Source: Candidatus Liptonbacteria bacterium (GTDB lineage: Bacteria; Patescibacteriota; Minisyncoccia; UBA6257; 2-01-FULL-56-20). Taken from it: DNA of 64,000 nt. Each line of letters begins with the position of its first letter. The first letter of the stretch is position 1. This document shows positions 52,989 through 61,885 of this stretch, piece after piece. The translations under genes and the position numbers were made by a program. The stretch lies in the NCBI GenBank assembly GCA_016186635.1, contig JACPLI010000014.1, positions 804 to 64,803 on the forward strand. The letters run 5' to 3'. The notes under the pieces are model-generated. The model did no database searches. It was given only the letters and a program-made list of their open reading frames with translations, and was not told where the DNA came from.

Positions 52989-53038
52989 GGAGTAATCGCG
53001 AATAATGCGAATCTGGACTTCAATAACGCGAATTCATT
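52988..53038. repeat. palindromic AATAAYGCRAAT-family element, copy 5
   Basis: gggagtaatcgcgaataatgcgaatctggacttcaataacgcgaattcatt immediately after stop of 51744-52988. Confidence 0.65.
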
Positions 53039-53195
53039 CCCAACCCACCCGAGGATAGGCGCCCGCCACACGGTTCCGAGGGAACAGCGGAGATAACGGG
53101 ATTGCGCCAACTGTTCCCGCTCGCGCACTCACTCGCGGACAGTTGCGGGACTGGAGGCGAGCGACCCGTCCCCCGGAACCGCGTGCGGGCGCTCC

Positions 53196-53624
53196 CTATC
53201 CGACCGGCTTCACCACCACGTAACGCTCCTTCCCTTCTCCCACGCTCTCCGTCGTCACCTCGGGGTGCACCGCAAGGGCGGTGTGGACAATTCTGCGCTC
53301 ATAGGAGTTCATCACTGGCAGCGGAACCTCGGCTCTCGTCATGTGCACTTTTTTCGCCGCCGCCTTGGCGAGTTCAACGATTAAATTTTCCCGCTCCTGC
53401 CGGTAGTTGTTTACGTCAAAAATCACCGGGGGGATGCCGTGCTTCCGCCCGACGAGCTGCACCACGTGGTTCAAACTGGCAACCAGCGCAGGGAGCGCTT
53501 CCTTCACCAGCGCTTGATTGTCGTAAATGAAAACGGTGCCGCGCCGCTCCTCGCGCACTTCAACATGAAAGTCACGGAATCCCATCCGCTCAAAAAGCTC
53601 TTGTACGAAATTTCGAAAGTCCAT
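53196..53624 (-). CDS. jag: Jag/SpoIIIJ-associated KH + R3H RNA-binding protein
   Basis: start ATG 53624; R3H motif YERRIVHTAL; conserved position downstream of yidC. Confidence 0.75.
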   Translation of the reverse strand: MDFRNFVQELFERMGFRDFHVEVREERRGTVFIYDNQALVKEALPALVASLNHVVQLVGRKHGIPPVIFDVNNYRQERENLIVELAKAAAKKVHMTRAEVPLPVMNSYERRIVHTALAVHPEVTTESVGEGKERYVVVKPVG

Positions 53625-53649
53625 ATTCTCATTATGTGCTCGATTCGCG

Positions 53650-54387
53650 CTATTCGCGCCTGCCCGCCTCTGGCGGGATTCCTCCTTGGGCAAGCTGCCG
53701 ATTCACGATGAGCTGCTGTACCACCGAAAACGCCGAGGAAACCGCCCAGTACAAGCTCACTGCCGCCGGGAACTGCCAGAACACCACGAGCGTAATGAGC
53801 GGCGCAATGTACACCATGTTCCGCCCCATCCGCTCGGCGTCGGTGGGAGAGTGCCCACCTCCCCGCAGCGCAGGAAGCGCCATGCGCCCCTGAATATACT
53901 GCGCAAGTGCCGCCAAACCCACCATGAAGATACTCTGCTCACTTAAATTAAGCAAGCCGAAAAAGCTCGGCGTGAGCGTTTCCGGCGCATGCACGAAACT
54001 ATAGACTTCCTTCGCAACCACCTGCGGGTCGAGTATGCCGGAGAATACCTGATAGAGCGCGATGAGCACGGGGAGCTGCACGAGAAGAAGGAGAAATCCG
54101 GAGAAGGGGTTGATGCGGTGCGCGCGGTAAAGCTCGAGCATCGCTTTCGCCTGCCGCTCGCGGTCTTTCGCATGCTGCTCCTGGATTTTTTTGAGCTCCG
54201 GCTGCAGGCGCTGCATCACCACCTGATGGCGGACGCTTTTGTGAAACAGCGGGAAAAGAATGAGGCGGATGGCGATAGTAAGGAATATGATGGCAAGCCC
54301 CAGGTCCTGAAACGCAAGGGAATTGTAAAGCGCGACGAGCGCGTTTAAGAGCGGCTGGTAGAAAAAGGTGTCGTAGAGATAGACCAT
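53650..54387 (-). CDS. yidC: membrane protein insertase YidC (short form)
   Basis: 245 aa, 5 TM; conserved YidC/Oxa1 core (FLTIAIRLILFPL..., ...LVQLPVLIALYQVF). Confidence 0.9.
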   Translation of the reverse strand: MVYLYDTFFYQPLLNALVALYNSLAFQDLGLAIIFLTIAIRLILFPLFHKSVRHQVVMQRLQPELKKIQEQHAKDRERQAKAMLELYRAHRINPFSGFLLLLVQLPVLIALYQVFSGILDPQVVAKEVYSFVHAPETLTPSFFGLLNLSEQSIFMVGLAALAQYIQGRMALPALRGGGHSPTDAERMGRNMVYIAPLITLVVFWQFPAAVSLYWAVSSAFSVVQQLIVNRQLAQGGIPPEAGRRE

Positions 54388-54416
54388 TGGGATATTATAG
54401 TGGGGAGTGATAAGTG

Positions 54417-54755
54417 TTACGTGATACGGGATGCCTGCACTGCCGCATCGCGAGCGCGGTCAAGTTCCGCACGCAACTCTCCCGAAGAAAGGCGCGCCGC
54501 GGGGCGTGCGAGGATAACCACAAAGTCCGAGGAAAGGGAAGAGGGCCATGCGCGCATCGCCGCACACACCACGCGCTTCAGCCGATGGCGCACCACGGAA
54601 CGCGCATCTACCGCGGCGCCTGCCACTACCCCGAATCTGTTATGCCCCGCCTTGTTCGCCTGTGCTTTGAGAGTAACGGCGGGAGAAACATAGAGCGCGC
54701 GCACGCGCACCCTCAAGAGTTCGGCTACAGGCGCCCGAAACCGCCGAGCAAGCAT
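54417..54755 (-). CDS. rnpA: ribonuclease P protein component
   Basis: 112 aa basic protein with RNR-like motif region HRLKR...; located between rpmH and yidC as in most bacteria. Confidence 0.8.
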   Translation of the reverse strand: MLARRFRAPVAELLRVRVRALYVSPAVTLKAQANKAGHNRFGVVAGAAVDARSVVRHRLKRVVCAAMRAWPSSLSSDFVVILARPAARLSSGELRAELDRARDAAVQASRIT

Positions 54756-54764
54756 AGCACTTCC

Positions 54765-54899
54765 TTACACAGTGAGGGAGTGCCGCTTTTTAAGGCGCCT
54801 CCGGCGCAGCACCGCGCGCCCGCCCGGGCGGCGCTGGCGGGAAAGAAATCCGTGTGTGCGGGCTCGTTTCTTCTTCTTTGGCTGATAGGTGCGAGACAT
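54765..54899 (-). CDS. rpmH: 50S ribosomal protein L34
   Basis: 44 aa [44 protein letters not shown] (compare MKRTFQPS..KRNRSHGFRARM...GR.VLA.RR.KGRKRLTV); below ORF-track size cutoff. Confidence 0.85.
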   Translation of the reverse strand: MSRTYQPKKKKRARTHGFLSRQRRPGGRAVLRRRRLKKRHSLTV

Positions 54900-55242
54900 G
54901 CATTCATGGTATCACGATTACTCCTCCATGCCAACCCCTAGGGCTCAAAAAATGCGTTGTGCACAGAAAATCCCCAAACTCGCGCGCAAGAGACTTTTGA
55001 CGGCTTCCAAATTCCACCTACAATGAATCCATCGGCGATGGAAGTTTCGCCCCCGCAGAATGAAGCCCGTGAGGGGCTCGCGCCGCCCGCACCGCATGAA
55101 GCTGCGCGTTTCATGGAATGAATCCTGTGAGAAGCAACAAAACTATGCACTATACATCTCGCCGCGCACCGCACCGGAAAAGCGTCGCAGGGGGTAAATA
55201 TAACTTGCTGCGGTTGTCCGAGGACAACCTGCTTCTAACGGG

Positions 55243-56604
55243 ATGAACCTCGAAGAACTGTGGCAATCAACACTCGCTGAGATGGAGGTGCAGCTCTCGC
55301 GGGCAAACTTCTCCACATGGCTGAAGAGCAGCCGGCTTGTCGACAAACAAGACGGCACGCTCTATATCGCGCTTCCCAACAACTTCGCCAAGGAGTGGGT
55401 GGAAAACAAGTATCACAAGAATCTTTTGGGGATTATCCGCAATTTCGATGCATCGGCGCGCAAATTAGAGTTTGTAGTGGCGCCCCATCACCTCGAAGCA
55501 ACTGCTCCCGGCGCCGCCCTCTCGCATCATCCCCAGCGGATGGAAACGAACGTGGGGGGGCTTGACCTTGCAGTTGACCCTGAATCAAACTTAAATCCCC
55601 GCTACTCGCTTTCCTCGTTCGTCGTTGGCCCCTCGAACGAGCTTGCGTTCGCGGCGGCATCGGCGATCGTGAACGATGTCGGGCGAAAATACAACCCGTT
55701 TTTCGTCTACGGCGGCGTGGGATTGGGGAAAACCCACCTCATCCAGGCAATCGGAAACGAGGTGAAGCTTAAGTATAAGAACAGCATCCGCCCCAAGTAC
55801 GTCCCCTCGGAGCGCTTCACGAGCGACGTGGTATGGGCAATCCGCAACAAACGGATGGAAGATATAAAAAAGAAATACCGGGACGTGGACCTTCTTATTA
55901 TTGACGACATTCAGTTTATCGGCGGGAAGGAAAAGACCGAGGAGGAGTTTTTCCACACCTTCAACGCGCTCTACGAAGGCAACAAGCAAATCATCATCTC
56001 GTCGGACCGCCCTCCCCAGTCAATTCCCACGCTTGAGGAAAGGCTGCGGTCGCGGTTTGAGGGAGGGCTTATCGCGGACATCAGCTACCCGGAATATGAA
56101 ATGCGGGTGGCAATCATCAGAAGCAAGCTTCAGGAGGTAAACCAAACCCTTCCCGACGGGGTGGTGGAGCTCGTCGCGAAGCGCGTCAAGAAGAATATCC
56201 GCGAACTCGAGGGAATTTTGAACAAGATTCTCTTCTATCAGGAACGGAAGCAGGCGCAGATTGCGGAGTCGGTTGCGGAAGAGATTATTGAGAAGTCGGC
56301 ACAAAGCCTTTCGCGCCGCGTGACGGATGCCCAAATCCTCAAAGCGGTTGCGGAGTTTTTCAACATCAGCGCGGACGACCTCATCACCCACAACCGCCGG
56401 AAGGAAGTGGTGGAGCCGCGGCAGATTGCGATGTACCTGCTTCGGGATATGCTGGAGTTATCCTATCCGTCGATTGGGGAAAGGCTGGGGAGGGACCACA
56501 CCACGGCGATACACGCCTATGAAAAAATCAACCGTGATGTGAATAAGTATGCACTGCTGAACCAAAAAATTCTCATGATAAAAGACCTTATTCATAAGGG
56601 GTAA
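55243..56604 (+). CDS. dnaA: chromosomal replication initiator protein DnaA
   Basis: 453 aa; Walker A GGVGLGKTHL, Walker B LLIIDDIQF, sensor motifs, C-terminal DNA-binding domain HTTAIHAYEKI. Confidence 0.95.
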   Translation: MNLEELWQSTLAEMEVQLSRANFSTWLKSSRLVDKQDGTLYIALPNNFAKEWVENKYHKNLLGIIRNFDASARKLEFVVAPHHLEATAPGAALSHHPQRMETNVGGLDLAVDPESNLNPRYSLSSFVVGPSNELAFAAASAIVNDVGRKYNPFFVYGGVGLGKTHLIQAIGNEVKLKYKNSIRPKYVPSERFTSDVVWAIRNKRMEDIKKKYRDVDLLIIDDIQFIGGKEKTEEEFFHTFNALYEGNKQIIISSDRPPQSIPTLEERLRSRFEGGLIADISYPEYEMRVAIIRSKLQEVNQTLPDGVVELVAKRVKKNIRELEGILNKILFYQERKQAQIAESVAEEIIEKSAQSLSRRVTDAQILKAVAEFFNISADDLITHNRRKEVVEPRQIAMYLLRDMLELSYPSIGERLGRDHTTAIHAYEKINRDVNKYALLNQKILMIKDLIHKG

Positions 56605-56739
56605 CCCACACACCATCCCCACCCCTCTTGCCATTTCCTCTTTGCGCTATATGCATGCCGCCGCTCCATCCCCATATCCACACACCTAACAGTAACAGCA
56701 GTAACAATAATCTATTTATCCTTTATACTACTTATTACT
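56605..56739. promoter_or_regulatory. dnaA-dnaN intergenic region, candidate oriC segment
   Basis: DnaA-box-like tatccaca at 56675-56682, ttatcc at ~56716; AT-rich; heptamer array (AGTAACA)x3 ... TTATTAC abutting dnaN ATG. Confidence 0.4.
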
Positions 56740-57849
56740 ATGAAAGCGGTTGTATTGCGGGCAGGAGTTGTGGAAGCGGTTTCCGCGGCGGGGCGTGCCG
56801 CAGGAGGAGATACGCTTCCGGCGCTGAAGCATATTCTTATCGAAGCGCACGGCAATAAGCTGGTATTTACCGGTACGAATCTTGAACTGGCGGTGCAATA
56901 CAGCGTGTCGGGGAAAGTGATTGAAGCGGGAAGGGTCACCGTACCCGCCCGCCCGTTTACGGAGGTTCTTGCGACACTTCGGAGTGAGCGGATTAATCTT
57001 GAACAGAAAGGCGCAAACCTTTCGCTTGCCTCCGACAACTACCGCGCCACATTCCAAGGGCTTCCCGCCGAGGAATTCCCTTTAATCCCCAAACTGCAAA
57101 GCACGAGGGCATGCATTGAGTGCAAAGCGCCCGCATTGCGGGATGCGCTTAGTGCGGTGCTCATTGCCACGGAGTTTTCCGACCTCCGCCCCGAACTCAA
57201 CAGCGTATTGCTCCATGTTGCACCCGAGCGGATGGCGTGTGCGGCAACCGACAGTTTCCGGCTTGCCGAACAGCAGATCCCTCCCTCGCAATTCTCCGCG
57301 GGAGAAACGCGCGAGTTTCGCGCCCTCATTCCTTTAAAAACAAGCCGCGAGCTTCTCCGCGTGCTTGGGGATGAGGGCAATGCGAAGGTCTGCGTGGACG
57401 AGAATCAAATCCTCGTTTCCGCCGGAGCGGCGGAGTGCATTTCCCGGCTTGTTGACGGGGCGTTTCCCGAGTACTCCGCGATCGTTCCCACATCGTTTAA
57501 AAGCGAACTCACGGTGGGCCGCGAGAACCTTCTCGAAGCCATCAAGCTCGCAAGCGTGTTCAACGACCGAAACAGCGAAGTTCGGTTTGCGTATTCCCGG
57601 GAGCGGAAGGTGCTTGAGGTGAGCGCTGCCGCACAGGGCGCGGGAGAGAACGTATATGCGCTCCCCGCAGCCGTTCGGGGAGAAGACGGGGATGTTCTCT
57701 TCAACGGGCGATACATTAATGACATGCTGCGCGTGGCGCGCGGGAGCGAGGTGTCCATCGGGCTGAACGACGAAGCCTCCCCCGCGCTTTTCCGCTCCCA
57801 AGGGGACGCATCGTATTTTTATATCGTGAAGCCGATTCTCAAAACCTAG
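56740..57849 (+). CDS. dnaN: DNA polymerase III subunit beta
   Basis: 369 aa three-domain sliding clamp; conserved N-terminal LEAHGNKLVFTGTNLELAV and C-terminal motifs. Confidence 0.9.
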   Translation: MKAVVLRAGVVEAVSAAGRAAGGDTLPALKHILIEAHGNKLVFTGTNLELAVQYSVSGKVIEAGRVTVPARPFTEVLATLRSERINLEQKGANLSLASDNYRATFQGLPAEEFPLIPKLQSTRACIECKAPALRDALSAVLIATEFSDLRPELNSVLLHVAPERMACAATDSFRLAEQQIPPSQFSAGETREFRALIPLKTSRELLRVLGDEGNAKVCVDENQILVSAGAAECISRLVDGAFPEYSAIVPTSFKSELTVGRENLLEAIKLASVFNDRNSEVRFAYSRERKVLEVSAAAQGAGENVYALPAAVRGEDGDVLFNGRYINDMLRVARGSEVSIGLNDEASPALFRSQGDASYFYIVKPILKT

Positions 57850-60341
57850 CGATAGAAAATTACCTGGGTTTTCGCGAGCACCTCATTCCCGTCGGCGGCC
57901 TCCACCTCGAGAAGGTTTTGTTGCCGCGCCTCTCTGAGCGGGATGCTGCGGGTGAGCGTGCTCCCCGTCGGGAAAGGCCCTTGGACATTTTCGAGGAGCG
58001 CCCCGTTGAGTCGGATGCGCATCTCCTGCGCGGCGCGGGGGCCTAAGAAGCGCGCGAGGAGAGGAATCGAGCTGCCCTGCGCGACAAAACCATTCTCCGG
58101 GGTTTCAATGATGAGCTGCGCAATTCCTATTGTGGAGGAGGCATTGTAGTTGCCGAAGTCGGGCATAAAGCGCGCCGCCCAGCTCAAGACACCCGTTTCC
58201 CAATTTTCGAACTGCGGGTCTTGCGCGGGGTCGGCGGGCGGGGGACCGGTGGGGTCATCCTTGTCCACGGAGTAGAGGATGGTGTGAATCTCGCGGTTTG
58301 CGCGGTAGTCCCCCGCGAGGATTGGCTTTGAGGGGGCTACGGGGTCGGGGCGGGGGAATGCTTCTGCGGGGAAATTTTGGGAGGCGTGAGCAGCTTGGAA
58401 AAACGCGCTCCAAATCGGCACGGCCGCGAATATGCTCGAGCCGCTTTTGTGCATGGGAGTGTTCTCGTTGCTGCCCGCCCATACTCCCGCGACGAGCGTC
58501 GGGGTATACCCAATCGCCCACGCGTCGCGGTAATCGTTTGATGTGCCGGTTTTCATGGCGACGTCGCGGTCGGCGAGCGTGGTGTACGAGGTGCTGTTGC
58601 CGAAAAGCCCCCGGCGCGCCTCCACGTCGGTCAAGATATCATTCACCAAGCGGACGGATTGCGCGTCGGCAACGCGTACGGGCGCGTCTTGATATGACTC
58701 GATAATCTCCCCATTGCTCGCATACACTTGGAGGATGTAGCTCTGCGCGTGCCGCACGCCGTCGTTGGCGAGCGCGGCGTAGGCGCCTACAAGTTCTGAG
58801 AGGTGCACGGCGCCGCCGCCTAAGACGAGAGAAAGCCCGTAGGCGCCGGGGTCGGTGAGTGTGGCAATGCCGAAGCGCTTGGTGTTCTCGAGGACGTCGC
58901 GGAGGCCGGCGAGGTAAAGCATCTTGACCGCAGGGAGGTTGCGCGAGCGCGCGAGCGCTTCTCGGATGGACATCGGTCCGCGGAACGAGCCGTCGAAGTT
59001 GTGCGGGTGGAAACAGGTGGAAGGCCCTGTGCTCGAAGCAGCAGCTTCCTCATATGCGGGGATTGAGGGGCAGTCCGGGTCCCGCGCCGCAAACTCTGTG
59101 GGGACGTCAAAGAGCACGGTGTCCGGCGCATACCCTTTCTCGAATGCGGTGAGGTATACGAAGGGCTTTAGGGCTGACCCGGGTTGGCGCAGCCCTTGGG
59201 TTGCCACATTAAAATTGCCGTCATGCTCGACATCGAAGTAATCGCGCGACCCGGCAAGCGCAAGAATTTGCCCTGTTGCAGGGTCCTCCGCCACAAGCGC
59301 CGCATTATTCCCCCCGTAGAGCGCCTCGTTTCGGTCCGCTCCTTCCCGCACCGCGGTTTCGGCAAGTTGCTGGAGTCCCCAGTTCAGTGTCGTGAGCACG
59401 CGGAGCCCTCCCTTCTGGACGAGGTCCTCGCCGTACTTCTGTGTGAGATAATCTTGCACGAGCATCACGAAATGGGGCGCTTTAATAGATTGCCCCTGCG
59501 GAGCGAACGTAATCTGCTCTTGTTCAGCCGTTTCGTGCTCTTGCACCCCGATTTTTCCGGCACCCCGCATTTTTTTCAGGATGAATTTCGCCCGCGCGAG
59601 AAGTTCGTTCCGGTGGGTGCCCCACGGCGAGTAGTAGGTGGGCGCTTTCGGGAGCGCGGCAAGCACCGCCGCCTCTCCCAGCGTGAGCGCACTCGCATTT
59701 TTCCCGAAAAACGTTTGGCTCGCCGCCTCCACGCCATAGGCGGTGGGACCATAGGGGATTTCGTTCAGGTACAGCTCCAGAATTTGATCCTTTGAGTATT
59801 GGCGGTTGATGTTGGTTGCAAGAATAAGCTCTTTGAGTTTCCGTGTGATAGTTTGCTCCGGCGAAAGGAAGGCGTTTTTTGCAAGCTGTTGTGTGATGGT
59901 GGACCCCCCTTGGACGATTCTCCCGCGCTCCACGTTTGCGAGGAGGGAGCGGAGGATTGCCTTCCAGTCAAACGCCGGCTCGTTATAAAAGTTTTCATCT
60001 TCCACCGTAATGGTTGCACTCTTCAGATAGGAGGGGATATCCGCGAGCGGAACGACAGTTCGCCGTTCGCCGCCGCTTACCTCATAGAGCAGTACCTTCC
60101 CGCTCCGGTCGTAAATTTTTGTTGACTGGGCGACCTTGCGGTGGCGTATTTCTTCGATTGACGGGAGGTCTTTTGCGAGGATGGAATAAGCGAGTGTGCC
60201 CGCGACGGCGGCGAGTGCGATGCCGCAGAGGAGCGCCGCGATGGCGCGTATAGTCCACGTGCGCAGTGCGGACGGGCGGCGGCGTGCATGGCGAAGATGT
60301 GCCATGGTTCGTATTGTAGCCCGCGGGGAAGAGAGTTTCAA
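57846..60341 (-). CDS. class A penicillin-binding protein (transglycosylase + transpeptidase)
   Basis: GT51 motifs EDENFYNEP, GGSTITQQLAKN; transpeptidase SxxK/SxN/KTG region (KTGTSND); N-terminal TM anchor. Confidence 0.9.
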   Translation of the reverse strand: MKLSSPRATIRTMAHLRHARRRPSALRTWTIRAIAALLCGIALAAVAGTLAYSILAKDLPSIEEIRHRKVAQSTKIYDRSGKVLLYEVSGGERRTVVPLADIPSYLKSATITVEDENFYNEPAFDWKAILRSLLANVERGRIVQGGSTITQQLAKNAFLSPEQTITRKLKELILATNINRQYSKDQILELYLNEIPYGPTAYGVEAASQTFFGKNASALTLGEAAVLAALPKAPTYYSPWGTHRNELLARAKFILKKMRGAGKIGVQEHETAEQEQITFAPQGQSIKAPHFVMLVQDYLTQKYGEDLVQKGGLRVLTTLNWGLQQLAETAVREGADRNEALYGGNNAALVAEDPATGQILALAGSRDYFDVEHDGNFNVATQGLRQPGSALKPFVYLTAFEKGYAPDTVLFDVPTEFAARDPDCPSIPAYEEAAASSTGPSTCFHPHNFDGSFRGPMSIREALARSRNLPAVKMLYLAGLRDVLENTKRFGIATLTDPGAYGLSLVLGGGAVHLSELVGAYAALANDGVRHAQSYILQVYASNGEIIESYQDAPVRVADAQSVRLVNDILTDVEARRGLFGNSTSYTTLADRDVAMKTGTSNDYRDAWAIGYTPTLVAGVWAGSNENTPMHKSGSSIFAAVPIWSAFFQAAHASQNFPAEAFPRPDPVAPSKPILAGDYRANREIHTILYSVDKDDPTGPPPADPAQDPQFENWETGVLSWAARFMPDFGNYNASSTIGIAQLIIETPENGFVAQGSSIPLLARFLGPRAAQEMRIRLNGALLENVQGPFPTGSTLTRSIPLREARQQNLLEVEAADGNEVLAKTQVIFYR

Positions 60342-60385
60342 AAATAAAACCCCGCCTGTCCATGGACAGGCGGGGGCAATAGCGG

Positions 60386-60568
60386 CTAGTCGTTCAACCC
60401 GAACCGGTCTTCGCGCCGCTCACCCTCCTCTTCCTGTTCCTCGCTTTCGAGAGGGGGGGTTGTTTCCTCTAACTCGTCATCAAATGTCGTGAGACCGTCA
60501 TTCTCGTCGTCCTCGTCGCTCAAGCCGCGCGACAGCTCTATGAGATGGACCCGTTCCATAAGTAGCAC
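60386..60568 (-). CDS. small acidic hypothetical protein
   Basis: 60 aa, Asp/Glu-rich; weak support. Confidence 0.2.
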   Translation of the reverse strand: MLLMERVHLIELSRGLSDEDDENDGLTTFDDELEETTPPLESEEQEEEGERREDRFGLND

Positions 60569-60661
60569 GTTATTCTCGACCTTTCATCAGCACCATCACT
60601 TTGTTATAGAGGAGTCCATTTTGTTGTCAACCCCTCACTGCAACGAGGAGGAAGTGAGGGG

Positions 60662-61141
60662 TCAATCCCGACCGAATGCTTTTATAAAGTGCGCGGCGAG
60701 CGCAGCTGCAAGCGCGTCGCTTACATCGTCAATCACGGAGAGCGAGGGGCATTTCAGGATGATGCGCACCATTTTTGCGACAGAGGATTTGTCCGCGGCG
60801 CCGTATCCGGTAAGGTGAGATTTTATTTCGCCGGGACCGAATTCAGCAATCGGGAGATTGTGCTCCGCGGCGGCGAGGAGGATTACCCCCCGGGCTTGCG
60901 CCACGGCAATGCCCGTTTTCTGGTTCCTCGTGACGAAGAGTTTCTCGACGGCGATGCCCGCGGGGCGGAATGCCCCAATCACCGTATCCATCCCGCGCTT
61001 GATATCTCTGAGGCGCAGATGCGCTTCTTCGTGGCGCGCAGGGAGGAGCCCCGCGCCGACATAGCGGCACTCGTTCCGGGAACTTTCGATAACGCCGTAT
61101 CCGGCGCGATGCGTGCCGGGGTCGATGCCGAGAATTACCAT
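60662..61141 (-). CDS. ruvC: crossover junction endodeoxyribonuclease RuvC
   Basis: MVILGIDPGTHRAGYGVIE... catalytic Asp/Glu motifs of RuvC fold. Confidence 0.9.
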   Translation of the reverse strand: MVILGIDPGTHRAGYGVIESSRNECRYVGAGLLPARHEEAHLRLRDIKRGMDTVIGAFRPAGIAVEKLFVTRNQKTGIAVAQARGVILLAAAEHNLPIAEFGPGEIKSHLTGYGAADKSSVAKMVRIILKCPSLSVIDDVSDALAAALAAHFIKAFGRD

Positions 61142-61213
61142 GACGATGACTGATGACTATGACGTAAGGATGGATTGTGGGCAGTCATTGTCATGTGTCA
61201 TAGTCATCGTACG
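61142..61213. repeat. inverted heptamer arrays (GACGATG/ACTGATG ... GTCATTG/TCATAGT) abutting ruvC start codon
   Basis: gacgatgactgatgactatgacg...cagtcattgtcatgtgtcatagtcatcgtacg between yebC stop and ruvC ATG. Confidence 0.75.
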
Positions 61214-61734
61214 TTGGTATACACTTTCTGCACATCCTGGTGCTCATGGAGTGCGGCGACGAGCGCGGCGAGCTTCCGTGCATCATCCGGCGCGAGTTCG
61301 ACGGGAAACTTTGCGCTCCATGCGCCCGCGCCTTTGTCCTCAAATGCCCACCGGACGCTCCCCGGCTCTGCCCACTTGCCCCCCGATTCATGCAAAATAT
61401 TTTTTACTTCCGCAACCGCACGGTTCTTGTTATCACTCGTTACTTCAATGAGAAGCGCGGCGCCCCCCGGCCCATATGCCTCAAAGAGCAGTTCCTCCAT
61501 GGTTGAGCCATCCTCGTGCGCCCGCCCGATGGCGCGCGTGATGTTCGCGGCAGGGACGTTTTCCGCGCGCGCTTTCTCGACCGCCGTGCGGAGGCGGGGG
61601 TTGAAGTCCGGATTCGGGTCCTTTTGTGCGGCGGCGGTAATCGCCGAGAGGAGCTTTGAGAATGCCGCCCCGCGTTTCTTATCCGCAATTTCCTTTTTAT
61701 GCTTGATTCCCGCCCAGTGCGAGTGGCCAGCCAT
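61204..61734 (-). CDS. YebC/PmpR-family transcriptional regulator (short form)
   Basis: MAGHSHWAGIKHKK N-terminus diagnostic of YebC family; 176 aa. Confidence 0.85.
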   Translation of the reverse strand: MAGHSHWAGIKHKKEIADKKRGAAFSKLLSAITAAAQKDPNPDFNPRLRTAVEKARAENVPAANITRAIGRAHEDGSTMEELLFEAYGPGGAALLIEVTSDNKNRAVAEVKNILHESGGKWAEPGSVRWAFEDKGAGAWSAKFPVELAPDDARKLAALVAALHEHQDVQKVYTNVR

Positions 61735-61885
61735 AGTGCTAGCATATAATTTTCAATTATCAATTTCCAATTTTCAAAATACTGAACTATTGGAGTCTCT
61801 CTGGGAAGTTGTAGTTGCTTTGAAAATTGATAATTGAACCTTGAAAATTTGCCGTGCAAGCAGCAAGAAGTATAGAATAGAGCAT

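Noticed and set aside
2017-53038. CRISPR array
   Set aside because: The repeat families are palindromic elements scattered singly at gene ends, or heptamer microsatellite-like arrays. Nowhere are there regularly spaced 25-40-nt direct repeats with unique spacers, and no cas genes are present.
60386-60568. 60-aa acidic ORF as a real gene
   Set aside because: It has no RBS, extreme composition (24 D/E of 60) and could be a GC-skewed chance frame downstream of the PBP gene. Kept in features at confidence 0.2 only.
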